DNA from: Takakia lepidozioides
Lineage: Eukaryota; Plantae; Bryophyta
Length of the DNA: 64,000 bases
Assembly (NCBI GenBank): GCA_030704615.1
Contig: CM060734.1
Coordinates: forward strand, 41,354,001-41,418,000
Direction of reading: 5' to 3'
This document shows, one piece after another, positions 37,669 to 48,825 of the stretch. The number at the start of each line of letters is the position of its first letter. The first letter of the stretch is position 1. The notes under the pieces were generated by a model. The model saw only the letters and a list, made by a program, of their open reading frames with translations, had not been told where the DNA came from and ran no database searches. The position numbers were made by a program, and so were the translations under genes.

Positions 37669-40177
37669 ATGGAGGAAGCTGATGCACATGCAGTAGGGCC
37701 CGCCCACGCAAAGAAGAAGAAGAAAGCCAAGCACATGCAATCCCCGGCGAGAGAGCCGTCACAGGCTGCAGAGGGGGGAGTGAGCAGGGCGCTCGAGGGT
37801 GTCAGTTCGCCTCAATCAAAGGTGGTCGTCCTGGAGGCCTCCCCTGCTGCTACCCCTAGTAAGAAACAGAAGGCCCGTGAGAGGGCAAAAGAGAGGGCAA
37901 AGGAACAGGCTAGACAGAAGGCTAGCCAGGAGGCAAGAGAGAAGGCCACTGAAGAGGCCAGGGGTGTCAAAATGACAGATGCCCATGTGAGCGAAAGACG
38001 GTGGATCCCTCCAAGACACCAGAAATAGGCAGTAACACATCGGCTGCATCCTTACCGATTACACCATCGCGGGTGGGAGCAGCCCCCGCAATTACACATA
38101 CGGTGGAGAGTGGAGGAGGGGAAAGAACACCACAAAGACCACGGATTGTGGGAGTTCGAGGTGAAGCCGGCGAGAGGGCAGTACAGACGGGGAGAGTGCT
38201 CGAGGTGCTTCTGCCGGTGGTTGACCATGTTGAGGACGACGACACGGAGCTTTTTGACCATGATGACATCCTCCCGGACATCCCCAGGCCCCAAACCCGG
38301 AGCATACAGGCTGGATTTGGCGGTCCTGGTGGGCTGCCGGAGAACCCCCCTACAACAGACGTCATGTCGGAGGCAGATATGAAGTTGGCTGCTACGAAGA
38401 TGTTGGAGGCAACCCACAACAACATTGGCAAGGTCCTGGGGGGCATGGTGTACCCGGCCAAGCTTCGGACTCCCCTTTGCCGCTTGGTATCATTGCAGGT
38501 GGTGAGACCCGCCCTCCCAGGCGATATCGACAAGCTGAAATTCTCTTTCCGGGAGGGATATCGAATGGGGTCTGCCGCGTTTTATGTTTCCATTGAGAAC
38601 GACCACGGAGCTTCTCGTCCCCACACTTCCGATGAGGTGGACAAATGGGGTCCCCATTGGCAAAGGCGAAATGAAGAGTTCGAGAGATTGATTGCTACTG
38701 ATCATCTTTTCCAGCACTTGTCCGGAAAGATGTTTTACGTGTGGGACGACAATCATCACCTCCTGGCATGGATGGAGTACATAGCCCAAGCCCACCCCAA
38801 CGACCTGGATTGGCATTTCGCCGTGGAATGTGTTGTGCTGAAGGTTGCGGGGCCCAAAGATCGCAGTCTTCTCAAAGCTGCAATGGCAGACATCAACTCG
38901 TAAGTTACAATGCCTCTTGCTTTGGAACTTTGAATTTGAAACAGTCATTTCATTGCCAATGAAATGTCATATTTGTTTCAAATTCTCATTTCAGTATTGT
39001 TTAATGGAAATGTGGCATTGCAGGGTGACTGAGAATGCTTTCATTGCCACCAACTTGTCCTATATGCTCTTCCGAGTGAAGGATGTCGGGAAGCAGGGGG
39101 TGCAAGAGTTTGCCAATTCGCTCAGTGCCGACCTCCTTCACAAGTCGGAGGCAAAGGCAGACAGAACTTGGTATAGGCTGAGCATGGACGCCATGGTGGA
39201 CTACATATTTCGGGTAAAGCTCCTGTCTATTTTGTTCAGCTAATCTGTCTCTCTTCCCCCAATAGAAGAAAAAGTGTTGACCAAGATTTCTAATCTTATG
39301 TGCGCATTCTTGCCAGACAAAAATTCAGCAGGATTTGGCATATGCGCGGAGGTTCTACATGGAGTCAGAGGAGAAGAAACTAACTCTCCCGGCACTGGAA
39401 TCGTATCTCAAAGCTGTGGAGGCGAAGGCCCGCATATAGTACAAGTCGCGGATGGTAAAGTACGTGGCCATAGTTGATCCCGCCGCCGACTTTCTGGTGG
39501 AGGTGGGGAAGCACTACTCCCGCACTCTGAAGCCCACGATGACAATGGAGAAGCTGCACCATAAACCCTAAACCCTAAACCCTAAACCCATCGTCTAGCC
39601 TCATCCTGTGTGGATGCAACAGAAAAGGTTATACATTCTTAACCAAATTGTCGTGGCAACAATTCGTTTTTGTGGTGTTTGGCGCTTACTAATATGTTGG
39701 GTGGTTGGACAGACCTGGCTCCAAATCTGGAATGGTTCCCAAAGTACAAGGGACATGTGGAGCTTCCCCAAACCCGACAAACTGTCTGACCCCACATTCG
39801 ACATGTGGATGAACCGCATGACATGGTGGTTTCAGGTAGTTTCCCATGCTTCATTTGCCGGTTCTATGCTTGTACCGGGTGGATTTACTGTATTTTTTGA
39901 GGAAAGCGGTCTGATGGAGAATTTCCACAGGTGACGACGAATGCGCAAGAGCAGCTTGACACACAAGCACATCAGTTCAAGTTGGAGATTTCTGGTGAAG
40001 CAGAGAGCCTACACGACTATGTGACGAGGTACTTTCTGCTCTAAAAAACCGACCTATTCTTTTGAGAGATACCCCATGCCCGGCGGAGCCACGAGTTCAC
40101 CGACCAGCCGAACGCGTTGTACGGCAACATGGCTGGGCTCATCAACAGTTCAGTTACCTTACCGCCGGGCCACACCG
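37669..40177 (+). pseudogene. Decayed intron-containing gene with a Lys/Glu-rich N-terminus and a ParB/sulfiredoxin-like domain
   Basis: VVRPALPGDIDKLKFSFREGY...FYVS...MFYVWDDNHHLLAW resembles the ParB-N signature (VR...L...GY...xDGNHRxxA). Frameshift near 38010, further exons to ~40170, truncated at the insert border. Confidence 0.55.
39562..39589 (+). repeat. Interstitial plant telomeric repeat (TAAACCC)4
   Basis: Four perfect tandem copies of the TTTAGGG-type repeat. Confidence 0.9.
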
Positions 40178-43059
40178 CCAACGTGCAGGTATAAGGCTTC
40201 CTCCATTCTGGTTATTTCGACGCCTCGCCCTGTCTTGTTAGTAATTTTCATTCCTTTCAAGTCCAGATCGACTGTCATCTCCTTAGTCACAGCAGCCAAG
40301 GTATTCTTTCCCATTGGAGTTTTCAAAAATGAAATTTCATCAGTAAGTTAGCCCTAGCCAATTGTTTTGGAGCAAGGAATAAAGGATGAGGCCCTGACTC
40401 ATTCTCTGAGAAAATAGGGAGATGGCGCATAAGAATCTTGTAAGTCCGTCATTATGACAGTCCACGGGCTTACGTTGATTGTCGGGTCCACAACGGCTCA
40501 CATCGAGCTTCCAGTTAGATGGAGCTGGATAGTACCTTGAAACACCAAAAAACACTCAGAATGTCAGCATTTAAAATACAAAATCGATTTCGAAACAATG
40601 ATCGAACTACGTATTTCACAACAAAATGACAAAGCACAGAGACAAAGAATTTGCACCTCAGAAATTCTCCATAGCCTTCATCGTGCAATGAGAAATCGCA
40701 GTCATCGACATTTCGCATCTCAGCACCTGCTCTGATAAAAAAAAATTCGAGATGCAAAGAATATGAACCGATGCGTAACACCTGTAGGTGTCTTGATGGA
40801 TGCTCTTTCAGACATGAGCATCATTGTCTCTTGGCTACGATTAAGAACATCACTGACCTGTCTGGGCAACACGCAACACAGCCTCATCCGCAGCTAGTTT
40901 ACAGCGCGGTATCTCACATCTGTTATGGAATATTAGGCTTGCATCCAGTAGATACAATTCGCTGCTCTTCTCGTCCACGGATGAGCCGGCCAATCGCACG
41001 AAGAAGTGCCTGAATGCTGGAAAATAAAGCAACATAGTTAGAAGTCAAACTTAAATAGAGAAATATAAAAGTAGAACTAGTTACAAATAAGTACATAATA
41101 TATCAACACTCACGTAGTTAGGAGGATATAATGCTCCGTCTTTTTTCTTGATCTGCAACATGGAAAGCATCTCCACTAGAGGCTTCAAATCTGATGCTTC
41201 GGAAAGATCTGCTATGGATTGCTCAGTGAAATGGCCTCTAAATTTCCGCCATTCATCGAATGCATTATGTGCCCCTCCGACTGTTTGCTCTGACGCCGTC
41301 CTCCATTAGTTACATTTTGCAATTCACCTTGATCAATGTCTTGAAAACGCTTCGGACGATCTTCACCCTGCACCGTAACTTGAATACCATCATCAAGCTT
41401 CTATTTCTTTGTTTCTTTGGAAAATTTATTGTCAGGAGGCACATATGCCGTACCATGAACATGATCGAAAAGGTGATCCTTCTAGTCATTGCCATCATTC
41501 AGGTCACTGCCCCATGACATATTATCATCAAGAATAGGGACGTTGCTATTCACAGTCTGATCAACAACTGACTCCTCATCTTGCAACAAAACTGCAGCAT
41601 CCTCTAAGATTTTCAAATCAAAAGGATCCACACTAGTGGATACAAATCACTGCTATGCAATGCTTGTAAGCAACAACACAAATCAAACTGACGGGAGCAA
41701 CGGGAAAAATAATCGTAGAGAGAAAAACAGACGACGAAAGTGGATCCAATCAAAGCTAATCGTAGCCGTCAATTATCCATTAAGATCAGCCGTCCAATTG
41801 AGGGTAACGGGCTTTACGCAGCGGGAGTCCCTGCTCAAATTATTGACTCGGATAGGAACCCGTTGCTGGTGCGAGTTATGGATGTTGCAAACTTTGAAAA
41901 TGTTGCTGATGTATTTTCGATAAAGAGGTCTCTATGTCAAGCGGGGTACCATTTCTTTCTGTCTCAACCCCTCCTGTTGTTCCATGATCCCCCAGGAGCA
42001 AGGAGAGTCCATTGGAGCCCAAACTTGCAAGGTCGATGGATACTTTTTGCCAATGACCCTACTTTTTGTTTTCCATTGCAGACTACCCTCGCACAAATGA
42101 CGCAGAGACACATTATACAATTATACACATTAACACGTTTACACTTTACAGAGAAAAACCATCCCAATCCATTGCACGTAATACAAACCCAAGACGAGCT
42201 AACACAACGACGGTGGAGAGTTTTAAGCGTGTCAAAATCCATCATTGGAGCCTCATCTGGTTTGTTGCATACACTGCATGTTCTGAATGCCCGTACTCGG
42301 GCTGGATCGAGTGTGGTTGGTGGCATTCTGCACATGAATATTTGACTAGTAGAAATGACATTCCAATCCGAATGTATTTGAAAAATATGCAAGAGGGTAG
42401 GAGGGGGACGTGTTTGTGCATAGGGTTATGACGGCATAGGGTTGGAAACACTATCCCCACAAAGATTCATTGAGGTGTGGGGATTTTTCCTCAAGTCATG
42501 AAAGGAATGCTGATATATGTAGATTGTGATGGATCCATGATGCCCATACAGGAATCTTCACTGACTTAACAGAGACGATTGAGTTGGAGAATTTATCATG
42601 AGGGGTATGCATGCCTCCTTCAGGGTGACTGCCTCACTTTCTATGACCACTATTAGTCCCCATGGTGCAAGGTCTCTCAACGTCCTACTTGTTTGAACGG
42701 ATCTATTTAGGTTGAGTCCTACAAAGAAGGTGACTAACGGCTGTGATGCTTGCCCCAATCCTCTTCCAAGGACTGATTGATTCACCCAATGGCCACCTTT
42801 AGTAACTGGGTTGGCTATAATGGGGGTGACGTCGACTCCCTAGACCAAGACTAGTTGCAAGATGGCCTATGCTGGCAATGCCTGAGAATTGCAACAAAAC
42901 TCCATAACAACTTGTTTCACAAACCACAAAGTTGCCACCCGTGAAGTGATGGGCTTACAGTTTCTGGGTAGTTGCATATCACCAATGTAGTTTTAGTGTC
43001 CATTCACACTTCACACCCAAGCAAAAAGAATGTCAAGAATTTGGAGCAGATGGACATAA

Positions 43060-43140
43060 CATTACTTCGTAACACGTTTGCTGTAACCTTGTGGCCATAG
43101 ACCCTACGCCCGGTTTGGCGGAGCAAGCAAGAATCGCCTG
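43060..43140 (-). mobile_element. Short diverged LINE 3'-end copy
   Basis: CCTTGTGGCCATAGACCCTACGCCCGGTTTG matches CCTTGTGGCCATTGACCCCACGCCCAGTTTG at ~4908-4938. Confidence 0.6.
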
Positions 43141-43687
43141 CCATAGAAAGAGTGGTAATATAGCGGTCATTTCAGTTTGCAAAACCATGTTCCAGATTAG
43201 AGGTGTTACTTGGTGAAGGTAGAACAGGAATGCGTAGTCTCCTCTCATAAGTGAGAGATTCAATTTGTAGGTGGTGGGAAGTTAAGCATCTTACAATTTC
43301 ATGCCCCCAGACATGAAAAAGAAAGAAATCCCGGGTATCCATCGTGCCTGCCTTCCTGTACCTGCTCGAAATCTCTCGTCTCACTCTCCCTTACGCTATG
43401 GCAGAAACACCGAACATAAACCCTCACTCTAAACCCCTGAGCCCCTTACAACCCAAGTTGTATATATGTATGCAGAAAATTCTTTCGTCAGTGGTAGAGA
43501 AGTACCACGACTTCAACAAGGCACTCCAGCAAGCTGGCGAATGTGCGACATTGACAGAAAGAACGATGAGACAGGCCGTGGAGCGTGGAAAATGCATTTG
43601 GAACGCTTGGGGATGTGCTTCCTGTAGCTGTAAGTGCCAGGCTCATGGAGAAGACTGATCACTGTCATAGGAGTTTTTTCCTGGGAA

Positions 43688-43906
43688 CAAGCTCTTCGCC
43701 ACCACAGCTAAAAGCTGGCCATGACTTTTGGGCTCATTAGCGTACCCCATGGGGCATCTATCCGTTTCAATCAGCAACCTCCGGGTATGTGGCAATTGCC
43801 AGTCTGCCACCAAGTTCATTTCAAAGCTTGTTGGGTGAGAAATGTTACATGGGATGCCAACCGTTGTCATCATTGCAGGGATAGAGTTTGTTCTTACAGT
43901 GTATAA
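43688..43906 (+). pseudogene. DYW deaminase domain pseudogene fragment
   Basis: LRHHS*KLAMTFGLISVPHGASIR..NLRVCGNCQSATKFISKLVG*E..WDANRCHHCRDRVCSY, with stops and frameshifts; the catalytic Glu codon is a stop. Confidence 0.9.
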
Positions 43907-44645
43907 TTCATACAACCTCTACGATATTTGCAGTTGTCTCGAGTCCTCTCACCCCAGGGCAGTCATGATGCAACAAGTGGTGGATTACACTTCGTAAACT
44001 CACACATGGAAATGTCGGAACTGTCGATGTAGCTGTGTGTTTAGAGCACGTTTGGAAATTACTGAATCACTAGATATGTAGGGCAAAAGCAATGATCTTA
44101 GGTAGGGAGTAACTGGAGCCAGAATCATGTTCCACATTGTGCAAAGTTGGGTGTGCCTTCAAAACCACGGATTTTCCTCAGACAGTTGTAGTTTAGGTTG
44201 CAATTTCACAGGACTATCCCACACCATATCCTTGCCACGCAAAACAGCACACTCCTTATTATCTGGAGGTCGTGGAGGCATCTACAGGAAAACATTCATA
44301 CAAGTCCGTTAGTATTGGCTCACACTTTGTGAGAGGGAGAGAGAGAGAGAGAGAGAGGGTTGGATCATGTGCCCTACGCAGAAGGACAAAATCAGAGAGA
44401 TGAAAGAGTTTGGTGAGTTCTGTTCAGAATTCTGTCAAATTTCAGGTTGAAGAGAAGGACACACTACTAGGCAGTGTGTTGTGATAGTTTGCAAAATGAC
44501 CCTTCTACAGATTCGTCCATTATAGCACCAGTTCCACCAGCACCTCCTCCTGTGTTACCTCCAATCTCTGGGGGTGACAATTTAAGGCCAAAATTGTCTA
44601 AGGTCATAAAGACACCAAGCATATATCTCATAGGTAGGAGAGGGA

Positions 44646-44677
44646 GAAATGAAATGAAATGAAATGAAATGGTACTT

Positions 44678-44712
<35 letters not shown>
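44646..44712 (-). repeat. (GAAAT)5 tail plus LINE terminal motif, adjoining a (GA)n microsatellite
   Basis: GAAATGAAAT...GGTACTTTATAAC followed by (GA)n; same motif as 13151-13178. Confidence 0.7.
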
Positions 44713-44716
<4 letters not shown>

Positions 44717-45276
44717 CTCCTTTTCCTCCTGGAGGGAAAGCTTCATTCCAGCACTCGGAGCCCCACTCTCCATTCCAAAAAACTTCTCTAGAGTGCCATT
44801 TCCTGCAGATCAGCATCCAGAATTCAAAGCCATGAATTAAAAGTTGTTTATGGAACTGCGGAAAAAGGGAGGGAGAGGATGGAGCGTCAGTGCCAGCTCC
44901 CTATGACCCTTGACTAACACATGCTGGGCCTGCCTGGCGTTCTCACTTCTCACCCCAAGGCATGAAACTTAGCTAAACAATGACCGGGGCACCTGCTCAC
45001 TGCCCACAGCAGCTTCAGAGATTGTAGTTTCATGGATAACATTCACACGAGAGTAGATATCAACCCAATGATATCAACACTGCTACTGTAGTGGTTGAGC
45101 TGCCAGTCCCTGTATAGTGCAAAGGCAGTGACAGAGGAACACTATATTTATATTAGCACATCTCGTGTCTGTTACCCTCCTTATGCCCAAAGACTTGACA
45201 CTTGTGTTGGACTAACTGCCAGTGACAGATCAGTGTAAATGGACCTGGGGGGAGAAAGAGAATAAGGCTGAAATAT

Positions 45277-47286
45277 TTACTCTGGGATCATTTCCCTGGG
45301 TTTGTAAGTGGCATCTTCCTCATCTGCATTAATGTGGCCATGCATTGTGCTCCTGAATATTGCATATGGCCAATTTGGTGGCTCCATTATCTCCCTTGCC
45401 ATGGCCTTGTCGAAGACCTTGTCACCCATGAACACTTTCTCCCTCTTGTCCTGCTCAACCATCCATCATAATCATTGCCTGCCAACTTGCATCCATTTAC
45501 AAACCTTCGTATTAAATACTACGCCATTCTCTGAGTTAGGCAGTCATCCATCAGCAACAACTGAGGTACATGCTTACTCGAGTGGAAATTGGAGAAGAGA
45601 GTGGGAAAGGGAGATGCAGATTAGCATAAAAAAAGATATGCCTCTCTATCTGGTTGAAGTACCTTAGCAGACCTTATCCAAGGTATGTGTGGGTTGAGGG
45701 GTTAGCAGCCATGAATATAATTTGGTAATTTCAATCACAGAGGGAAAATTGTTCACTGGCACCTTGAGCAAATCGTGCTTGACAGGATCAAATATCTTTG
45801 CATTGGAGGAGTGGACACCAGTCCCCTGTAGCTCAAAGGGGTCATAATCCATGTGAGGGTAGTCTCGGTAAATGGGCCTCTTCATTGCTTCATTTGCATA
45901 GCACATCTGCTGGTATCCTGTGTATTTACCCCCTTTCCATCTTAGCATGGCTCCCTCTCGTCCCCTAAGCTCTTTGACAGACTTGACCAAGATCCTTTGA
46001 AGATCCTTCCTTCTCTATGTTCCATATACCTCTTTCAATCGGAACACCACATCCGGTATGCCCTCTGTGTGCTATGCTTTCTCCCTCCCCCTCCCTCCAA
46101 ATCCACTTATGAACTAACGTGTTCAAAAGAGGAAGTCAAAAATATATTTGGAGTCTATATAACACCACCTGCATAGCTCTTCTTCTTCACTTGAGTTGTG
46201 GCTGGACTGGTTAAGGATGTACCGGTTGATGTTTTCTTGGCAGTATCAACTTTGTGAGTCCATACTACTTCCAAAGGTGAAATCACCCTTTTACTTTAAT
46301 ATGGGGTGGGATGATTTCTTTGATGAACCCGCAAGCTTCTAAGCGAATCCCAAGCAGGAGATGAAAGATAGAAAGAAATCACAGACTTCTGGATTGGTGG
46401 AGTTCCAATATGTTGGCCGACTAGTGCAGTAGCACTACAGGACTCTCTAAGCTATTTGACCTCCCCAAAGACGTTGTAAATTTTAATTCTCTTCTGCCTT
46501 TCTCAGCTCCAGTTATATCCGATCCTTCCGATTAAGTGGTCATTCGCTACTAGTAGGGGATACATCCTTATCGCCTGAGGTGACAGAGCGATGCAACTGG
46601 TAATGAAAGGGAGGGCCTTTCGTTTGTGGAACTGCGGTAGTCTGAGGAGGCCGGGCAGTGAAGGCAGCAGGGTCATCAACTGGAACAAGAGGATCTATGT
46701 ACTTATCAACCACTGGAGACCTCTTGAATCTGCTCTTTTCTCGCAAGGGAAAGCGCAGAACATTCTTGTTGCCATAGACGGTAGGAACTTTCCAGATCTC
46801 TTCAGGCTGATCAATCTCAATCGGCCCATTTTCAGCCCACTGCTTTGGCTTCGCTAGGTCAATTTCTTCCCCCGTCTCTGGATCTGAAAACCGTGGTGGT
46901 TCATCATCATTTTTCTTAACCGGTTGGACGGTTGCCGGTACCTCCGCTGTGGCCTCCCTCTCCAATTCCTCTTCCCCGGGCATTGTTTCTGACAAACTTT
47001 AACAAATCAATTCAAACACAATATACAAAGTCTTGGTTTGCGGAGCTCTCTCGGGTGCGTATGACGTTAAGCCCGCATTTCCTGTAAGTGACTCGCAAGC
47101 ACTTCCAAAAGCTTCCATCGAGAACCGCCATAGCTTGTCCACTTTAGGTGGCCAATTTCTGGATGAGAGATCCTCAACATGTGCAGCTTTCCTCCCTGTG
47201 CATTTGATTCGAAACATTGAGAGCAAGAAAGATGTAATGTTCCATGCCAGCAGCGCCCTTAATTTTGAGTGGTTTCGGTTCTTCAA
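45277..47286 (-). pseudogene. Long decayed ORF of unknown family
   Basis: ORFs 46999-47286 and 46540-46995 are in the same frame, separated by one stop. Further protein-like segments lie at 45664-45990 and 45277-45462. No recognisable motif. Confidence 0.35.
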
Positions 47287-48149
47287 GACATCAGCCCACC
47301 ATACTTCTCATACTGTTATATTTTGTCCCTATCTCTCCACACCCATACGCCCCTCTTGTACGCTGATCCATCTCTCCCTAAGTACTAGTACCATTTCTCC
47401 CAAATAAACAGACTGTACGAGGCTCCACCTTCACAACAGAAAAAGACTCCTAGTGCAGATCCTACCATGGCGCGGCCAGCCCTATGTAATCGAAAGAGAG
47501 GCTGATCATTGTCATGTTCAAACTCCTATTAACCCCAAGTGCCAAAACTCATTTTCACCGTGGCCCACTGGGCAGCAATTATATTTTTGAGAACTCGTGA
47601 TACGGCCTGTGAAATTTCTCAACAGCCACACAAAACTGGATGTACATGGTGACAAAGGTTTGCACACATGTAAACATCCACTTTGCTGTGGCTGCTGACA
47701 AATCTCACAAACCGTATGGCACAACCCCCCCCCCACTTCACCCTCACCACCAATTTGCGCACGACGACCTGGTTACCTTGGATTTGTAAAAGAGAGAAGA
47801 CAAGCCCAGAGAGGACGAGGTGGCCAGGCACGAGGTGCTGGTCAACACCCTGACCTCCACGTCCTGGCCATGTTGAGCTTGCCCTTGGCCTCCTACTTCT
47901 GGACAATACGAAAATATGGACAAATATGGATAAATACGGATTAATATCGAAAAAAATGAAAAAAAATGAAAAAATATAGATACATACGAATACATATGGA
48001 TAAATATAAAAAGAAATTAAAAAATGAAGATTTGCAAGATTTTGCACGATGTGGGGATGGCATTGGCTCGGCCTGCTGTACCCAAAAGGTGTTCTCCACG
48101 TCATTGCAGATTTGGTAACCAGGATTATTTTTTTCCTTGAGTGAATTAA

Positions 48150-48385
48150 TCGTTCAATCAGCTGTAAGTGTTACTTTAATGTAAGTGCACAGTGTGTCGC
48201 CCTGGTGGTTCGGGGTTCAAACCCGCTGCCCTGCCTGGTGGGTGGATTGTTCGTAACTGGCTGGTCGGGTGTGTGCCTAATGGCTTATCTGAAAGGGGGT
48301 TAATTTTTCCCCCTCCTCAAGGGCCTGAATTGTGAGCAGTCGCTCCCGGTTTCCTTTTGAAAAAAAAAAAAGAAAAAAAAAAGAA
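48150..48385 (+). mobile_element. Putative tRNA-derived SINE
   Basis: Pol III B-box-like GGTTCAAACCC at 48214-48224 and an A-rich tail at 48360-48385. The A-box and TSD are not clear. Confidence 0.45.
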
Positions 48386-48825
48386 GGTCACATACCTTAT
48401 ATACAAATCTGGGAAAGCCTTGGTGTCTGAAGGATAGTGAATAACTTTCAAGCCATCATTCTCAAGAATATCATGGCAGACTTGTTTAAGGTCAAATTCC
48501 ACACCCAGTTCTTAGAAATTCCTGTACAATGATATGATGAAAATGTGTAGGTAACTGGTGTATGACAAGTCAGCAGTTTTGCTAAATCCTGACGCCTGGA
48601 GTGGGTAGAGTGAAGCTCACTCCAAGGTTCTTCTCATGGAAGACATTGCTCCCTGTGCAAGTCAAGTGGCCCTTTGTGGTATGTAAGTAAATATGTTGTG
48701 TAAATATGTTGTGTTGTCCATGCAGTCATGGTCCAGATTCCACCAGTTCAGGTGGGCTTGAGGGGAGTGAGTCGTTAGAAAGTTTGGTTACATTTTGTCA
48801 GACAATTAGGGTGGGTCCATGAGAT

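Larger units (their letters stand above)
33024..40177. mobile_element. ~7.2 kb nested insert with two divergent decayed genes around a palindromic repeat core
   Basis: It splits the YR coding sequence within a few codons, and CCA occurs on both sides (33021-33023, 40178-40180). It is CpG-rich relative to its flanks. No canonical terminal repeats were seen. Confidence 0.65.
32430..41560 (-). mobile_element. Decayed Crypton-like tyrosine-recombinase transposon gene (DUF3504-type), interrupted by a nested insert at ~33024-40177
   Basis: Spliced reading with frameshifts and stops: LQIKKKDGALYPPN (41114-41160); FFIRAGAEMRN (~40710-40745, catalytic Arg motif); PMGKNTL...KITNKTGRGVEITRMEEA (40195-40320); resumes at 33017 with MRITGHRDPKSYAKY (His/Tyr motif). 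Element termini were not identified. Confidence 0.75.

Noticed and set aside
48610-48640. TPRFFSW peptide upstream resembling LPRFFSW within the RNA repair ORF
   Set aside because: The match is only six residues (PRFFSW) and the flanks do not align; treated as coincidence.
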